Source: an uncultured cyanobacterium (GTDB taxonomy: Bacteria > Cyanobacteriota > Cyanobacteriia > PCC-6307 > Cyanobiaceae). Taken from it: DNA of 64,000 bases. Location of the stretch: contig CAVONQ010000007.1 of the NCBI GenBank assembly GCA_963697335.1, positions 1 through 64,000 on the forward strand, read 5' to 3'. The notes under the pieces were generated by a model. The model was not told the origin of the DNA. It saw only the letters and a program-made list of their open reading frames with translations, and made no database searches. Below are positions 19,655 to 31,171 of this stretch, piece after piece; within the stretch, counting starts at the first letter, position 1, and each line of letters begins with the position of its first letter. A program made the translations under genes and the position numbers.

Positions 19655-21193
19655 ATGGAGTTCCGCTGCATCCCCGCGTCGCTGAGCAGCTGTCTGGGGG
19701 CGTGTGACACGGTGGCGATCGGCCTGTTCGCCAGCCCCCAGAACGGCCCTGAAGCTGCCTCCGGCCCCAGCGACGAGGGCGGCTTCGAGCCCCTCGATCC
19801 CTCCCTGGCCGAAGCCCTCGGCGCGCCGCTTGAGCCCTGGCTGCGGCAGCGGCGCTTCAAGGCCAAACCCGGCGAGTGCCTCAGCCTGCAACGCCTGGGC
19901 CAGCAACCCGGCAGCCTGATCCTGGTGGGGCTTGGCGAAGCGGCGAGCTACGGACTCCCCACCCTGCAGGAGGCGGCGGCGGCGGCGGCCCGCTGCGCCC
20001 TGGCCATCAGCAGTGATCAGCTGGGCCTGGCCTTGCCGCCGGCCGACCTGGATCCAGCTGAGGCCGCGGCGGCAATGGCCATCGCGGTGCGCCTCAGCCT
20101 CTACCAAGACCAGCGCTTCAAGGGCGAGCCCAGGGCCAGGCCCCTGCCGCAGCGGATCGACCTGATCGGCCTGCCGGCCGAGGCCGCCAGCGGCCTGGAG
20201 CGGGTGGAGGCCACCTGCGCCGGGGTGGAGCTGGCCCGCCAGCTGGTGGCGGCTCCCCCCAATGTGGCCACGCCCCAGCACCTGGCAGACACGGCAGCCG
20301 CGATCGCCCGCGACCATGGCCTCAGCCTCAAGGTGCTGGAGCGCGAAGACTGCGAGGCTGCGGGTATGGGGGCCTTCCTGGCGGTGTCCCAGGGCTCCGA
20401 TCTGCCCCCTAAGTTCATCCACCTCACCTACACCCCCCAGGGAGGCGCCCAGCGCCGGGTGGCGCTGGTGGGCAAGGGGGTCACCTTCGATTCCGGCGGC
20501 TACAACCTCAAGACCGGCGGCTCCCAGATCGAGATGATGAAGTACGACATGGGAGGCAGCGCGGCCGTGCTGGGGGCGGCGCGGGCCATCGGCCAGCTGC
20601 AGCCAGCCGGCGTGGAGGTGCACATGATCGTGGCCAGCTGCGAAAACATGATCAGCGGCGGGGCCGTTCACCCCGGCGACATCGTGACGACGTCCAAGGG
20701 CAAGACGATCGAGATCAACAACACCGATGCCGAAGGGCGCCTCACCCTGGCCGACGCCCTCCATTACGCCTGCGGCCTGAACCCCGATGCAGTGGTGGAT
20801 CTGGCCACCCTCACCGGCGCCTGTGTGATCGCCCTCGGCGACGAGATGGCCGGGATGTGGTCGAACAGCGATGGCCTGGCGGAGGCCCTGCTGACGGCGG
20901 GAGCGGCCGGCGGTGAGACCCTGTGGCGCATGCCCCTGCGGGAGTCCTACAAAAAGGGCCTCAAGAGTGGGGTGGCCGATCTCAAGAACACCGGCCCCCG
21001 CCCGGGCGGCTCCATCACCGCTGCCCTGTTCCTGCAGGACTTCGTGACCAAGGGGGTGCCTTGGGCGCACCTCGACATTGCCGGCACGGTGTGGAGCGAC
21101 AAGGGCCGGGGCCTGGACCCGGCCGGCGCCACCGGCTTCGGGGTGCGCACCCTGGTGGAATGGATCTGCCGCGGAGCCAGCAGCGCCACCTGA
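19655..21193 (+). CDS. pepA: Leucyl aminopeptidase (M17)
   Basis: VGKGVTFDSGG, MKYDMGG, NTDAEGRLTLAD, DLATLTGA, WAHLDIAG. Confidence 0.97.
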   Translation: MEFRCIPASLSSCLGACDTVAIGLFASPQNGPEAASGPSDEGGFEPLDPSLAEALGAPLEPWLRQRRFKAKPGECLSLQRLGQQPGSLILVGLGEAASYGLPTLQEAAAAAARCALAISSDQLGLALPPADLDPAEAAAAMAIAVRLSLYQDQRFKGEPRARPLPQRIDLIGLPAEAASGLERVEATCAGVELARQLVAAPPNVATPQHLADTAAAIARDHGLSLKVLEREDCEAAGMGAFLAVSQGSDLPPKFIHLTYTPQGGAQRRVALVGKGVTFDSGGYNLKTGGSQIEMMKYDMGGSAAVLGAARAIGQLQPAGVEVHMIVASCENMISGGAVHPGDIVTTSKGKTIEINNTDAEGRLTLADALHYACGLNPDAVVDLATLTGACVIALGDEMAGMWSNSDGLAEALLTAGAAGGETLWRMPLRESYKKGLKSGVADLKNTGPRPGGSITAALFLQDFVTKGVPWAHLDIAGTVWSDKGRGLDPAGATGFGVRTLVEWICRGASSAT

Positions 21194-21211
21194 GGCTCAG
21201 GCGGCTGACGT

Positions 21212-21409
21212 TCAGGCGGCGATCGGGCCGGCCGGGCCTGCGCAGTCGGCCCTGGCCTCAGCCGGGGCTTCAAGGGCGTGAATCAACCATCGGGCACGGT
21301 TGCTGCAGTAGGGCAGCAGCCGGTCGAGGTCGTCGGCGGCCTGCTTGGGGCTGGCATAGGGACCGATGTGGCGCGTCTGCAAGCCTTCGCGAATGGTCAG
21401 CAGATACAT
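21212..21409 (-). CDS. Small hypothetical protein (65 aa)
   Basis: ATG ORF filling the gap between pepA and msrA, with globular composition (MYLLTIREGLQTRHIGPY...WLIHALE). Confidence 0.6.
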   Translation of the reverse strand: MYLLTIREGLQTRHIGPYASPKQAADDLDRLLPYCSNRARWLIHALEAPAEARADCAGPAGPIAA

Positions 21410-21572
21410 ACAAAACTCTGCCTGTCGTTGCCACCCAGCTTAGGCGGATCCGGCCGGTTTTGAACTGGCCTGACTGGCCAGCCGACGGCTCAGGTGCCGC
21501 GAGCTACATGCCGCCCATCCCTTCAATCTTTGGCTTTTCTTCTGACTGCTTCCCTTGCCATAGCCGCCCTGG

Positions 21573-22250
21573 TCACCACGGATCGGCCGTTCGGGCCCAT
21601 CCCCCCCACACCGCCCGCAAGCGCCGGTCGCGGCCACAGGCCCAGCGGTAATAGCCGTAGCTGGTGGGGTTCTGCACGGCGTAGTCCTGGTGATACGCCT
21701 CCGCCGGCCAGAACCGCTCCAGGGGTCTGATCGCCACCTGCAGCTCCGAGGCCTGCACGCCCAGAGCTCGGGCGGCGGCCTCCAGGCTGGCCTGGGCCTG
21801 GACCAGCTGATCAGCGCCGTCGGTGAAGATCACCGGCCGGTAGGAGTCGCCGCGATCGCAGAACTGTCCCCCGCCATCGAGGGGATCCACGTTGCGCCAG
21901 TAGGCCCGCAGCAGGGTCTGATAGGTGATCTGGCTGGGATCGAAGCGCACCTGCACGGCTTCCTGGTGGCCCGTGCCCCCGGCGGACACCTGGGCGTAGG
22001 TGGGATCGGCCAGGCCTCCGCCGCTGTAGCCGCTCACCGCCTCCAGCACCCCGTTCAATCCTTCGAGATCGTGTTCCAGACACCAGAAGCAGCCCCCGGC
22101 CAGCACGGCCTGCTGCGGCTCGGCGGCCAGGGCCGGCCGGGGGGTGAACACCACTCCCAGGAGCAGCAACACCGCCAGCAGCGCGCCCAGGATCCTGCGC
22201 CAGGGAGGGGGCAACGGGGAGCTGGCGGGGCGTGGCAACGGCGGACTCAT
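21573..22250 (-). CDS. msrA: Peptide-methionine (S)-S-oxide reductase with N-terminal signal peptide
   Basis: [32 protein letters not shown] overlap with lpxB. Confidence 0.93.
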   Translation of the reverse strand: MSPPLPRPASSPLPPPWRRILGALLAVLLLLGVVFTPRPALAAEPQQAVLAGGCFWCLEHDLEGLNGVLEAVSGYSGGGLADPTYAQVSAGGTGHQEAVQVRFDPSQITYQTLLRAYWRNVDPLDGGGQFCDRGDSYRPVIFTDGADQLVQAQASLEAAARALGVQASELQVAIRPLERFWPAEAYHQDYAVQNPTSYGYYRWACGRDRRLRAVWGGWARTADPW

Positions 22251-23434
22251 GGGGTCTCGAGCACCAGATTCAAGATGGCCGAAGCGGCTCTGCGGGTGAC
22301 CCCGGGTTCGCCCAGGACCGCCCGCAACCTGGCATAGCCCTCCAACATCGACGCATGGGGGGCGCTGCCCCGCTGCAGCAGGGGCCGGGCCGCCCGCACA
22401 ATCGCCTCAGCGGTGAGGTCGGCCTGCAGCAGCTCCGGCACCAGCCGCTCCCCCAGCACCAGGTTCACCGGCGAGATATGGGGCACGCTGAAGCGCAGGA
22501 TGCGACGTGCCACGAAGGCCGTGAGCCCGCTCACCCGGTACACCACCACCTGGGGAACGCCCCGCAGGGCCAGTTCCAGGTTCACCGTGCCCGACTTGGC
22601 CAGGGCCAGATCCGCGGCAGCGCAGAGGGCCGGCTTGAGCCGGTCGGCATCGGCGGCGGGAATCACCAGGGCCCTGACCCCGGCCTTGTCGAGTTGACGG
22701 CTGAGGTGGGCCTCGAAACCCGAGAGACCGGCCGGCACCACCACCTGAAGCTCGGGTTGGGAGCGCTGCAGTTCGGCGGCGGCGGCCACGATGAAGGGCA
22801 GCATGTAGCGCAGCTCCTGGCGGCGGGAGGCCGGCATCAGCAGCAACACGGGAGCCTCGTCGACCAGCCCCAGCAGGGCCCTGGCCTCACTGCGGCTTGG
22901 GGATTCCTCCACGGTGTCCACCAGGGGGTGGCCCACATAGGTGACGTTGGCACCACGGCAGCCGTAGTAGCGGGCCTCCTCCTGGAAGATGGCCAGGATC
23001 TGGTTGGTGAAGCGGATCAGGTTGGTGCGGCCTTGGGATCCGAACTTGAACGCCCACTCCTGGGGAGCGATGTAGTAAGTCACCGGCACCCCGGGGAAAC
23101 GGCGCTTCAGCCGCAGGCCCAGGTTGACGTTGGGGCCCATGTAGTCGATCAGCACCACCCCGTCCGGCGGGGCCTGACGAAACCAGTGCTTGAGACGGCG
23201 CTGCAGCCGCAGCGTGGGCAGCACGAAGGGCATCACCTCCAGCAGACCGATGGCACCCATGCGGGTGGTATCGGCCAGCAGTTCGGCACCGGCCCGGGCC
23301 ATGCGGTCACCGCCGAGGGCCACCACCTGCAGCTCCAGCCCCCGGCGGCTTGCCTCCTCGTAGAGCGCCTGCACCAGCAACGCACCCTGCAGATCGCCGG
23401 ACACCTCACCGGTGCTGACCAGCAGTCGCAGCAT
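22247..23434 (-). CDS. lpxB: Lipid-A-disaccharide synthase
   Basis: [41 protein letters not shown]. Confidence 0.95.
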   Translation of the reverse strand: MLRLLVSTGEVSGDLQGALLVQALYEEASRRGLELQVVALGGDRMARAGAELLADTTRMGAIGLLEVMPFVLPTLRLQRRLKHWFRQAPPDGVVLIDYMGPNVNLGLRLKRRFPGVPVTYYIAPQEWAFKFGSQGRTNLIRFTNQILAIFQEEARYYGCRGANVTYVGHPLVDTVEESPSRSEARALLGLVDEAPVLLLMPASRRQELRYMLPFIVAAAAELQRSQPELQVVVPAGLSGFEAHLSRQLDKAGVRALVIPAADADRLKPALCAAADLALAKSGTVNLELALRGVPQVVVYRVSGLTAFVARRILRFSVPHISPVNLVLGERLVPELLQADLTAEAIVRAARPLLQRGSAPHASMLEGYARLRAVLGEPGVTRRAASAILNLVLETP

Positions 23435-24240
23435 CAGCGGGCTCCGGGGATCGGACCGCGACGCCCTGGCTGGAGCGAGGACTCCAGGAAGGCCACCAGC
23501 GTCTCAGCGGCAGCCGTGAGGGGAGTGGCCCGCAGCTGAGCCAGCGCCTCAGCCAGGGTGAGGCGCTGGCGGTAGAGCAGGGTCCAGCAGCGCTTGAGAT
23601 CGGCGAACTGCAGGCCCTGGTCCAGCTCAGTGAGCCCACTGCGGCGCAGGCCGATCGTGTTCAGGGCCCGCACCCGAGAGGGATGGCCCTCCACCAGGGT
23701 GAAGGGCGGCACGTCGCGCTCGATCCGGCTCATCCCCCCCACCATCGCCAGGGTGCCGATCTGCACGAACTGGTGGATGCCCAGCACCCCGCCGATCACA
23801 GCCCGATCGCCGATCACCACGTGGCCGGCCACGGCCACGCCATTGGCGATCACGATCCGATCGCCCAGGGCACAGTTGTGACCCAGATGGCTGTAGGCCA
23901 TCAGCAAGTTGCCACTGCCGATGCGGGTCTGCTGGCTGTCGGTGGTGGCGCGGTTGATGGTCACGTACTCGCGGATCGTGTTCTCATCGCCGATCACCAC
24001 CTCGGTGGGATCGCCGGTGTACTTGAGATCCTGGGGTTCCAGGCCGATGCAGGCCCCTGGAAAGATGCGGTTGCTGCGGCCCATGCGCACCCTGCCATCA
24101 AGCACCGCGTGGGGGCCGATGCTGCAGTCCGGGCCGATGCACACCTGGGGACCGATCACCGCGTAGGGACCCACCGAGACGCCGGCGGCCAGCTCGGCGC
24201 GCGGATCGACCACGGCGGTGGGATGGATCGTGGTGGCCAT
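23434..24240 (-). CDS. lpxA: UDP-N-acetylglucosamine acyltransferase
   Basis: IHPTAVV, hexapeptide repeats, [23 protein letters not shown]. Confidence 0.96.
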   Translation of the reverse strand: MATTIHPTAVVDPRAELAAGVSVGPYAVIGPQVCIGPDCSIGPHAVLDGRVRMGRSNRIFPGACIGLEPQDLKYTGDPTEVVIGDENTIREYVTINRATTDSQQTRIGSGNLLMAYSHLGHNCALGDRIVIANGVAVAGHVVIGDRAVIGGVLGIHQFVQIGTLAMVGGMSRIERDVPPFTLVEGHPSRVRALNTIGLRRSGLTELDQGLQFADLKRCWTLLYRQRLTLAEALAQLRATPLTAAAETLVAFLESSLQPGRRGPIPGAR

Positions 24241-24764
24241 CAGTCCACCAGAGAGAACATCAATTCACCAGAACAGGCCAGCTCACCATCCACGAGGGCT
24301 TCGGCGGCCACTTTGCCGAAGCGCCGGCGCTTGAGGCTGAGCAGGGTGCAGGTGATCACGAGCTGGTCGCCGGGCACCACCGGGCGGCGAAAGCGCACAC
24401 CATCGATACCGGCAAACACGAACAGCCCCTTGGGCAGGTCGGGCATCTGGGTCACGATCAGGCCCCCCACCTGGGCCATCGCCTCCACGATCAACACCCC
24501 GGGCATCAGGGGACGGCCAGGGAAATGCCCCTGGAAGTGGGGTTCATTGACGGTCACGTTCTTGATTGCCACAGCCCGCTTGCCGGGCTCATGGAGGATC
24601 ACCCGATCCACCAGGGCAAAGGGGTAGCGGTGGGGCAGCAGCCCCTGGATCTGATCGGCGCTCAGCACCACGGACGGGGGAGCCTGCTCAGCCGCCGCGG
24701 GGATCTCGGGGCAGGCAGAGGAAGGATCGGGGTGCGGGGCGGGGGAGGACGGCAAGAGGGTCAA
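24240..24764 (-). CDS. fabZ: 3-hydroxyacyl-ACP dehydratase
   Basis: [32 protein letters not shown]; start uncertain. Confidence 0.96.
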   Translation of the reverse strand: MTLLPSSPAPHPDPSSACPEIPAAAEQAPPSVVLSADQIQGLLPHRYPFALVDRVILHEPGKRAVAIKNVTVNEPHFQGHFPGRPLMPGVLIVEAMAQVGGLIVTQMPDLPKGLFVFAGIDGVRFRRPVVPGDQLVITCTLLSLKRRRFGKVAAEALVDGELACSGELMFSLVD

Positions 24765-25621
24765 GCGGCAAACGACGAACGGGGCAGGTCCGCCAGGGCG
24801 GCCGCGAGGGCGGTGTGGAGCCCATGGGAGCCCCGGAAGGCAAACACCTGGGCCCGCGGCAGACCGACCAAGGCCAGGTCGCCCACCAGATCCAGGATTT
24901 TATGGCGCACCGGTTCATCGGCAAACCGGAGCGGCGGGTTGAGCCAGTGATCGCCATCGCAGACGAGGGCGTTGTCGAGGGCACCGCCCTGGATCAGGCC
25001 GGCCGCCCGCAGCTGCTCCACCTGGGAGAGCAGGCCGAAGGTGCGTGCCGGGGCGATCTCCGCCACGAAGGCCGCGGGGGTGAGTACCAGCCCATAGAGC
25101 TGGCGACCGATCGCGGCCTCGCTGAACTCGATGCCGGCCCCCAGCCTCAGGCCTGGCGCCGGCAGGGCCGTGATGAAGCCTGCCCCCTGGTGCAGCGTGA
25201 GCGGCTCCTCCAGCTGGGGCGACGACGGCGCCCCCTCCCCGGGCTCCAGCCCAGCTTCAGCGATCGCGTCCACCCAGGGGAGGGCAGAGCCATCGAGCAG
25301 GGGAACTTCTGGCCCCTCCACCAGGATTTCGGCCTGGCTTACGCCGGTGCCGGCCAGGGCGGCCAGCAGGTGCTCCACGGTGGCCAGCCGGCGTCCGCCC
25401 AGTGACACCGCCGTGCAGAGCGTGGTGCTCTGCACGGCCTCAGGCCCCAGCTTCAGCAGGGGGGCATGGGGCTGATCCAGCCAGCCCAGCCAGTAGCCCG
25501 GCCGCTGGGAGGGCTGCAGCCGGACCCGGGAAGGGGCACCGGAGTGCAGGCCCACCCCGGAGCGCTCCACGGCGGAGGCCAGGGTCCAGGCGCTGGAGTA
25601 GTCGGAGGGCCAGAGCCCCAC
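24761..25621 (-). CDS. lpxC: UDP-3-O-acyl-GlcNAc deacetylase
   Basis: [38 protein letters not shown]. Confidence 0.96.
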   Translation of the reverse strand: MGLWPSDYSSAWTLASAVERSGVGLHSGAPSRVRLQPSQRPGYWLGWLDQPHAPLLKLGPEAVQSTTLCTAVSLGGRRLATVEHLLAALAGTGVSQAEILVEGPEVPLLDGSALPWVDAIAEAGLEPGEGAPSSPQLEEPLTLHQGAGFITALPAPGLRLGAGIEFSEAAIGRQLYGLVLTPAAFVAEIAPARTFGLLSQVEQLRAAGLIQGGALDNALVCDGDHWLNPPLRFADEPVRHKILDLVGDLALVGLPRAQVFAFRGSHGLHTALAAALADLPRSSFAA

Positions 25622-27942
25622 TAGAACTTCCAGCCCACACCGAGGTTGAAGCGCCAGTTGTCGGTGAAGTTCTCCGTGGCCACCTCCAGCCGCAACGGCC
25701 CCACCGGGGTGGTGACGATCAGGCCGACCCCCGGCGAGAAGCCCTCACCCTCCTTGCCGAGCAAGCCACCCGGGTTGCCGGGAATGTCGCCCTGGGTGCC
25801 GAAGGTGGTGCCGGCGTCAAAGAACACCGAGCCGCTGATGATGCTGAACAGGGGGAAGCGGTATTCGACCGTGAACTCGCCATAGCTCTTGCCCACCCCC
25901 AGGTCGCAGTCGAAGTAGCCCCGCACCGAGTTGCCACCGCCGAGACAGAAGGCCTCGTAGGGGGGGATGTCGTCGCCGATCAGGGTGCCGGCGGACACCT
26001 GGAAGGCCAGGGCCTGTTTGCAGTCGCGGGTCTCACCGGGCTTGGGGCGGCAGCCCTTGTAGATCTTCAGCCAGTCCACGGGAATGAAGTGGGTGAAGGT
26101 GGTGCGGACGCGGTTGAAGGTGGGAGAGTCATCACCCACCGAGAGGAACTGCTCGGTGCCGATGCTGAAGAAGTTGCCGCTGGTGGGGTTGCGGGGATCG
26201 TCAAGGGAGCTGTAGGTGGCTCCAACCCTGAAGCTGAGCAGCTGGTTTTCCGAGGCGCAGTTGAAGGCCAGGCAGATCACCTGGTTGCTGCGCACCCGCA
26301 CGGGCTGGGGCAGATCGTCGTCCACACCGACGACGGCCTGGGAGTACTTCGTGCCTGAGAAGTTCATCGGCGTGACCTCCTGGCCGCCGAAGGCCAGGAT
26401 CAGGTTCCAGGGCGCCCGCTTGAAGGGATCACCGCCGTTCAGAGGCCGAATGAACTGCACGTTGGCACCCACCCGCTGGATGGCCACGGTGTCGAAATTG
26501 GTGCGCACCTCGGCAAAAGGACCGGAGGTCTTCACCGGGCTGTTGGTGACCACGTCGAAATCGGCACCGTTGAAGTCCTGCTCGTCAAAGGTGGTGTCGT
26601 TGTTCTCGCTCTGGAAGATCTGCGGCACCTCCCGGCTGAAGAAGATCCGGGCGCGGAAGGAGGTGCGGAAGCGATCACCCTTGATCCAGGGATCGGTGAA
26701 GGTGAGGTCGCCCAGGCCGCCGAACTGGCCATAGGAGAAGTTGGTGCCCAGATTCCAGGCCCTGCCCAGCAGATTGCTCTCCTGCAGCTGGATCTGTCCG
26801 AACACGCCCTGGGTCTGGCTGTAGCCGATACCACCGGAGATGGAGCCGGTGGACTGCTCCACCATGCCCAGCACAATCACCACCTTGCCGGGTTCGGCGG
26901 GCACCGGTCGCAGGGTGACCTTGACATCGCCGAACAGTCCGGTGCCGTAGAGGCGACGGATGTCTTCCTCCAGCTTGCGGCGGTTGAAGACATCTCCATT
27001 CTTCATGGAGATCTCCCGGGTCACCACCCAGGGCTTGCTCTTGCCGCGGATCGGCTCGCCCTTGTCGTTGGTGGCCGAACCCTCCTTGTCGAGGAACTGA
27101 ACCTCCACCCCCTCCACGAGGCCTTCCCGCACCAGCAGTTCCACGGTGCCGTCCGGGCTCACCCGGGTGGGGCCGGTGACGCGGGCCAGCGAGTAGCCCT
27201 CATCCGCATACCACTTCTGAAGCTCCTGCATGCGGGACTGCAGGGCGTTCAGGTTGAGGGTCTTGCCGAAGTCAGGGGCGAAGGTGTCGGTGACCACCTG
27301 CTCCGGCAGCTTCAGGTTCGTCGGCTCCAGATCGACGGCCTGCAGCACCGGGTTGGGCACCACCGAGACGATCAACCTCACCCCCAATGGCCCGTCCTGG
27401 GGCTGAATGCGCACATCGGAGAACCAGCCCGTGGCGTAGATGGCGGAGAGGTCGGTCTGCAGTTCGCTGCGGGTGACCCGGGTGCCGGGGGTGACAGCCA
27501 TGGCGGCATAGGCGGCCAGCTCGAGGCGTTCGCTCTCGGGATGCCCGTCGAGGCCCTCGATCACGATCTCGGCGATCTGAACCCGCGGCTCCTCAGGGGC
27601 CACCGACTGCTCAGGAACCCCGAAGGCATCAGCCGGAGCCGGGATCTCCCGTTCAGGGCCCGGGGCCGGGCCCTCTGGTGCCGGGGCCGTCTGCTGCGGT
27701 GCGGGAGTGGCCGGCTGGTCGGCCGGGGCAGGGATGGGGAAATCGAACGGCCCCTCGCCCGGCGGAGTCGCCCCAGGGGGCGTCTCGCCCGGCGTTGTGG
27801 GTGGACTCTCCTGCGGCTGCACGGAGGGGGCTGTCGTCTCCGGCTGCTGGTCCTGGGCCAGCACCGGCGAGCCTGCCAGAAGTGCGAGACCCAGGAGCGG
27901 ACCCGCACCTTTCCAGCCGAATGAACCCACCATGCCAGTCAC
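25621..27942 (-). CDS. bamA: Omp85/BamA outer-membrane assembly factor
   Basis: Signal peptide, Pro-rich region, POTRA repeats, VRGY loop and terminal FNLGVGWKF. Confidence 0.93.
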   Translation of the reverse strand: MTGMVGSFGWKGAGPLLGLALLAGSPVLAQDQQPETTAPSVQPQESPPTTPGETPPGATPPGEGPFDFPIPAPADQPATPAPQQTAPAPEGPAPGPEREIPAPADAFGVPEQSVAPEEPRVQIAEIVIEGLDGHPESERLELAAYAAMAVTPGTRVTRSELQTDLSAIYATGWFSDVRIQPQDGPLGVRLIVSVVPNPVLQAVDLEPTNLKLPEQVVTDTFAPDFGKTLNLNALQSRMQELQKWYADEGYSLARVTGPTRVSPDGTVELLVREGLVEGVEVQFLDKEGSATNDKGEPIRGKSKPWVVTREISMKNGDVFNRRKLEEDIRRLYGTGLFGDVKVTLRPVPAEPGKVVIVLGMVEQSTGSISGGIGYSQTQGVFGQIQLQESNLLGRAWNLGTNFSYGQFGGLGDLTFTDPWIKGDRFRTSFRARIFFSREVPQIFQSENNDTTFDEQDFNGADFDVVTNSPVKTSGPFAEVRTNFDTVAIQRVGANVQFIRPLNGGDPFKRAPWNLILAFGGQEVTPMNFSGTKYSQAVVGVDDDLPQPVRVRSNQVICLAFNCASENQLLSFRVGATYSSLDDPRNPTSGNFFSIGTEQFLSVGDDSPTFNRVRTTFTHFIPVDWLKIYKGCRPKPGETRDCKQALAFQVSAGTLIGDDIPPYEAFCLGGGNSVRGYFDCDLGVGKSYGEFTVEYRFPLFSIISGSVFFDAGTTFGTQGDIPGNPGGLLGKEGEGFSPGVGLIVTTPVGPLRLEVATENFTDNWRFNLGVGWKF

Positions 27943-27975
27943 GAAGAGCGCGGGATGGCCGCAAATGCCGTGACC

Positions 27976-28743
27976 TTACCGGTAGACCTCCGGTTGGGGA
28001 CAGACCCCTTGGAGCCGTTTGAGAACCTGCCCATAGGCCTCCACCACCCCGCCAAGATCGCGGCGAAAGCGGTCTTTGTCGAGGATGCGATCGTCGCTGT
28101 CGGCAATCCCTCGGTCCCAGAGCCGGCAGGTGTCGGGGCTGATCTCATCGGCCACCACCAGCTGCTGGTCGGCCGTGAAACCCAGTTCGATCTTGAAATC
28201 CACCAGGATCAGTCCCACGCTGGCCAGCACCTCCTGCAGCACTGCGTTCACCTGGCGGGCCAGCCTCTCCAGCTCCTGGCGCTGGCTGGGATCCAGCAGG
28301 GCGAGATGGTGCAGGCGCGCCTCCGTGAGCAGGGGGTCAGCGAGGCCGTCATCCTTGTAATAGAGGTCAAGCAGCGGCGGCTCCAGGGGGGTGCCGGCCT
28401 CGATCGGCATCTGGCGGCAGAGGGAGCCGGCCGCCAGGTTGCGGATCACCACCTCGATCGGCACGATGCGCACCGGCCTCACCAACATCCAATGGCCGCC
28501 GTGCTCCCCCTCGCCCAGTCCGAGGTAGTGGGTGGGGACGCCCTGACGGGCCAGGAGCTCGAACAGCAGGGCCGAGATCTGGCAGTTGAGTTCCCCCTTG
28601 CCCACCAACTGGGCCGTTTTGAGGGCGTTGAAGGCGGTGGCATCGTCCTTGAACTCGACCGCCACCAGGTCGGGCTGGTCCGTGGCATGCACCCGTTTGG
28701 CCTTGCCTTCATGGAGCAGGGAACCGAGGCTGTAGGCGCTCAT
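27976..28743 (-). CDS. purC: SAICAR synthetase
   Basis: [51 protein letters not shown]. Confidence 0.97.
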   Translation of the reverse strand: MSAYSLGSLLHEGKAKRVHATDQPDLVAVEFKDDATAFNALKTAQLVGKGELNCQISALLFELLARQGVPTHYLGLGEGEHGGHWMLVRPVRIVPIEVVIRNLAAGSLCRQMPIEAGTPLEPPLLDLYYKDDGLADPLLTEARLHHLALLDPSQRQELERLARQVNAVLQEVLASVGLILVDFKIELGFTADQQLVVADEISPDTCRLWDRGIADSDDRILDKDRFRRDLGGVVEAYGQVLKRLQGVCPQPEVYR

Positions 28744-29705
28744 GGCAGGGATGGGTCAGGGGGCTGGACGGCATGGCCGCCGGGATCACGGGGGGAGCGC
28801 AGCAGCAGATCCAGCTGGGCCGCCCGGGCCGGATCCGCCGCAAAGCGGCGCTGCAACAGCCACTCACCGTAGGCATCGTCAATCCTGCCGCTGAGCCGCA
28901 GGCGGCGCTGCAGGGCCTGGGCCTCGGCCGCTGTGAGCTGGGCCACGGGTCCGGCCGGTGCTGCGGCGAGCTGTTGGTCGAGCAGGTCGGCCACCAGCCC
29001 CCAGGCACCGCTGGCGGCGGCCTGTTCCAGGGCCCGCTCCAGCAGGCTCTCCTGGAGGCCAGGCTCAAGGCTGGTGCTGAGGGCCACGGCTCTGGCCCAG
29101 CGCCGGGCGTCGCTCTCCGGCGTGCTGCGGCTGGCCAGGAGCACCACAGCAGCCTCGTCGGGGCGCCCCAGGCTTTCGAGATGGTCGGCCAGCTGGTCGA
29201 GGGCGGAACGGCTCCTGGCAGCGGCTCCCTGCGGCGGGGTGAGGGGCAGGCTGACCTCCTGCAGACGCAGCGGGTCGCCCTCGGCCAACCAGCGCAGGGC
29301 CTGGGCAGCGCGCTCGTGGTCAAGCCCGGCATCGGCAGCCCGCCACTGCAGTAGCAGCCAGGCCCGGCGGCCAGGGCCGGGGGCAGGAGAACGGCGCGCC
29401 AGCACGGTGAGGGCGGCATCGGGGGCCTCACAGCGCACCAGGGCATCGGCGGTGGCCAGCACCGGCTCGAGCCCCTGGTCCGTGGGCAGGGCCAGCAGGC
29501 GATCGTGCAGGCTGCGCAGCTGAACCGCGTCCCCCGCAGTCCGGGCCTGCTGGCAGAGGTCCAGGAGTGGGAGGATGGCCTCCGAGGCAGGGATGGTCTT
29601 CAAGGCAGGCTGGGCCCTGAGCGCCCCTGCTCCTCCCCCAGGCAGCAACGTCGCCCAGGCGAGGCCCAGTGCCAGCGCGGTGCCTCGCAATCGACCAGCC
29701 TGCAT
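28740..29705 (-). CDS. Hypothetical exported alpha-helical (TPR-like) protein
   Basis: Hydrophobic signal-like N-terminus, Ala/Leu helical repeats, ATGA overlap with purC. Confidence 0.65.
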   Translation of the reverse strand: MQAGRLRGTALALGLAWATLLPGGGAGALRAQPALKTIPASEAILPLLDLCQQARTAGDAVQLRSLHDRLLALPTDQGLEPVLATADALVRCEAPDAALTVLARRSPAPGPGRRAWLLLQWRAADAGLDHERAAQALRWLAEGDPLRLQEVSLPLTPPQGAAARSRSALDQLADHLESLGRPDEAAVVLLASRSTPESDARRWARAVALSTSLEPGLQESLLERALEQAAASGAWGLVADLLDQQLAAAPAGPVAQLTAAEAQALQRRLRLSGRIDDAYGEWLLQRRFAADPARAAQLDLLLRSPRDPGGHAVQPPDPSLP

Positions 29706-29872
29706 GGGGAGAGAATGGGCGCGAGTTCAGAAACGAGACCCGTGTTGGGCCAGGACGTGGGCACTCGTCCACGCCTGAACCCGGCAGCCCTGTCGGGGCA
29801 TGCACCAGCAAAGCTGATCGTCTCAACCTAGCCACTGAGCCACTTCCCTTCCCTTCCCCAGTTCTGAGCCCG

Positions 29873-31171
29873 ATGGCCCCTGAGGCAACGCAGCACGACC
29901 TCCGCATCCTGGTGGTGGGTTCCGGTGGTCGGGAGAACGCCCTCGGCTGGGCCCTGGCCCGTTCAGCGGGGGTGGAGCAGGTGTGGCTGAGCCCGGGCAA
30001 TGGGGGCAGTGCCGGGCTCCCCGGCTGCCTTCAGCTGGAGATCAGCGAGAGCGATGGGCCCGCACTGCAGCAGTGCTGCCGCGAGCTGGCCATCGATCTG
30101 GTGGTGATCGGCCCGGAGGTGCCGCTGGCGGCCGGGCTCGCCGACCAGCTGAGGGCCTCGGGCGTGGCGGTGTTCGGCCCCGGGGCCGATGGCGCCCAGT
30201 TGGAATCCAGCAAGCGCTGGGCCAAGACCCTGATGCAGGAGGCCGGGGTGCCCAGTGCGGGGTTCTGGCCGGCCGCAAGCCGCGAGGAGGCCCTGGCGAT
30301 CCTGGAGGCCCAGGGCCGGGCCCTGGTGGTCAAGGCCGATGGCCTGGCCGCCGGCAAGGGAGTGACCGTGGCCGAAACGCTGCAGGAGGCCCGTGACGCC
30401 ATCGAGGCGATCTTTGCCGGCCGTTTCGGCCCCGGCGCCTCCCTGGTGCTGGAGGAGCGCACCCACGGTCCCGAAGTCTCTGTGTTCGCCCTCTGCGATG
30501 GCGAGCGCCTGTTGCTGCTGCCTCCGGCGCAGGACCACAAGCGCATCGGCGAGGGCGACACCGGCCCCAACACCGGGGGCATGGGGGCCTACGCCCCGGC
30601 GCCGCTCCTCGACGCCACCGCCCTCGAAGCGGTGCGTCAACAGGTGCTCGAGCCCACCCTGCGGGCCCTGCGGGCTCGCGGCATTGACTACCGCGGCGTG
30701 CTCTACGCCGGCCTGATGCTCACGCCGCAGGGACTGAGCGTGATCGAGTTCAACTGCCGCTTCGGCGATCCCGAGTGCGAAACCCTCATGCCCCTGCTGG
30801 GCGACGAACTGGCCCAGGTGCTGCTGGCCTGCGCCGAGGGCCGACTCGACACCGCTCCACCCTTGAGCTTGCGCAGCGGCTGCAGTGCCTGCGTGATCGC
30901 CGCGGCGGAGGGCTATCCAGGCGCCATCCGCCAGGGAGATCCCGTGGAGGGCGTGGCCAGCCCGGGCGACGATCTGCAGATCTTCCACGCCGGCACCCGG
31001 CGCAGCCCGGATGGAACCTGCGTCAGCAGTGGTGGGCGGGTGCTGGCGGTGGTGGCCCAGGCGGAGGATTTCGACGCGGCCTTCGCCAGGGCCTATGAAG
31101 GACTGGCCCAGGTGCACTTCACCGGCATGACCTACCGGCGCGACATCGGTCACCAGGTGCGCCGCCGATGA
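29873..31171 (+). CDS. purD: Phosphoribosylamine--glycine ligase
   Basis: VVGSGGRE, VIGPE, VKADGLAAGKGV, QDHKR, NTGGMGAY, EFNCRFGDPE. Confidence 0.97.
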   Translation: MAPEATQHDLRILVVGSGGRENALGWALARSAGVEQVWLSPGNGGSAGLPGCLQLEISESDGPALQQCCRELAIDLVVIGPEVPLAAGLADQLRASGVAVFGPGADGAQLESSKRWAKTLMQEAGVPSAGFWPAASREEALAILEAQGRALVVKADGLAAGKGVTVAETLQEARDAIEAIFAGRFGPGASLVLEERTHGPEVSVFALCDGERLLLLPPAQDHKRIGEGDTGPNTGGMGAYAPAPLLDATALEAVRQQVLEPTLRALRARGIDYRGVLYAGLMLTPQGLSVIEFNCRFGDPECETLMPLLGDELAQVLLACAEGRLDTAPPLSLRSGCSACVIAAAEGYPGAIRQGDPVEGVASPGDDLQIFHAGTRRSPDGTCVSSGGRVLAVVAQAEDFDAAFARAYEGLAQVHFTGMTYRRDIGHQVRRR

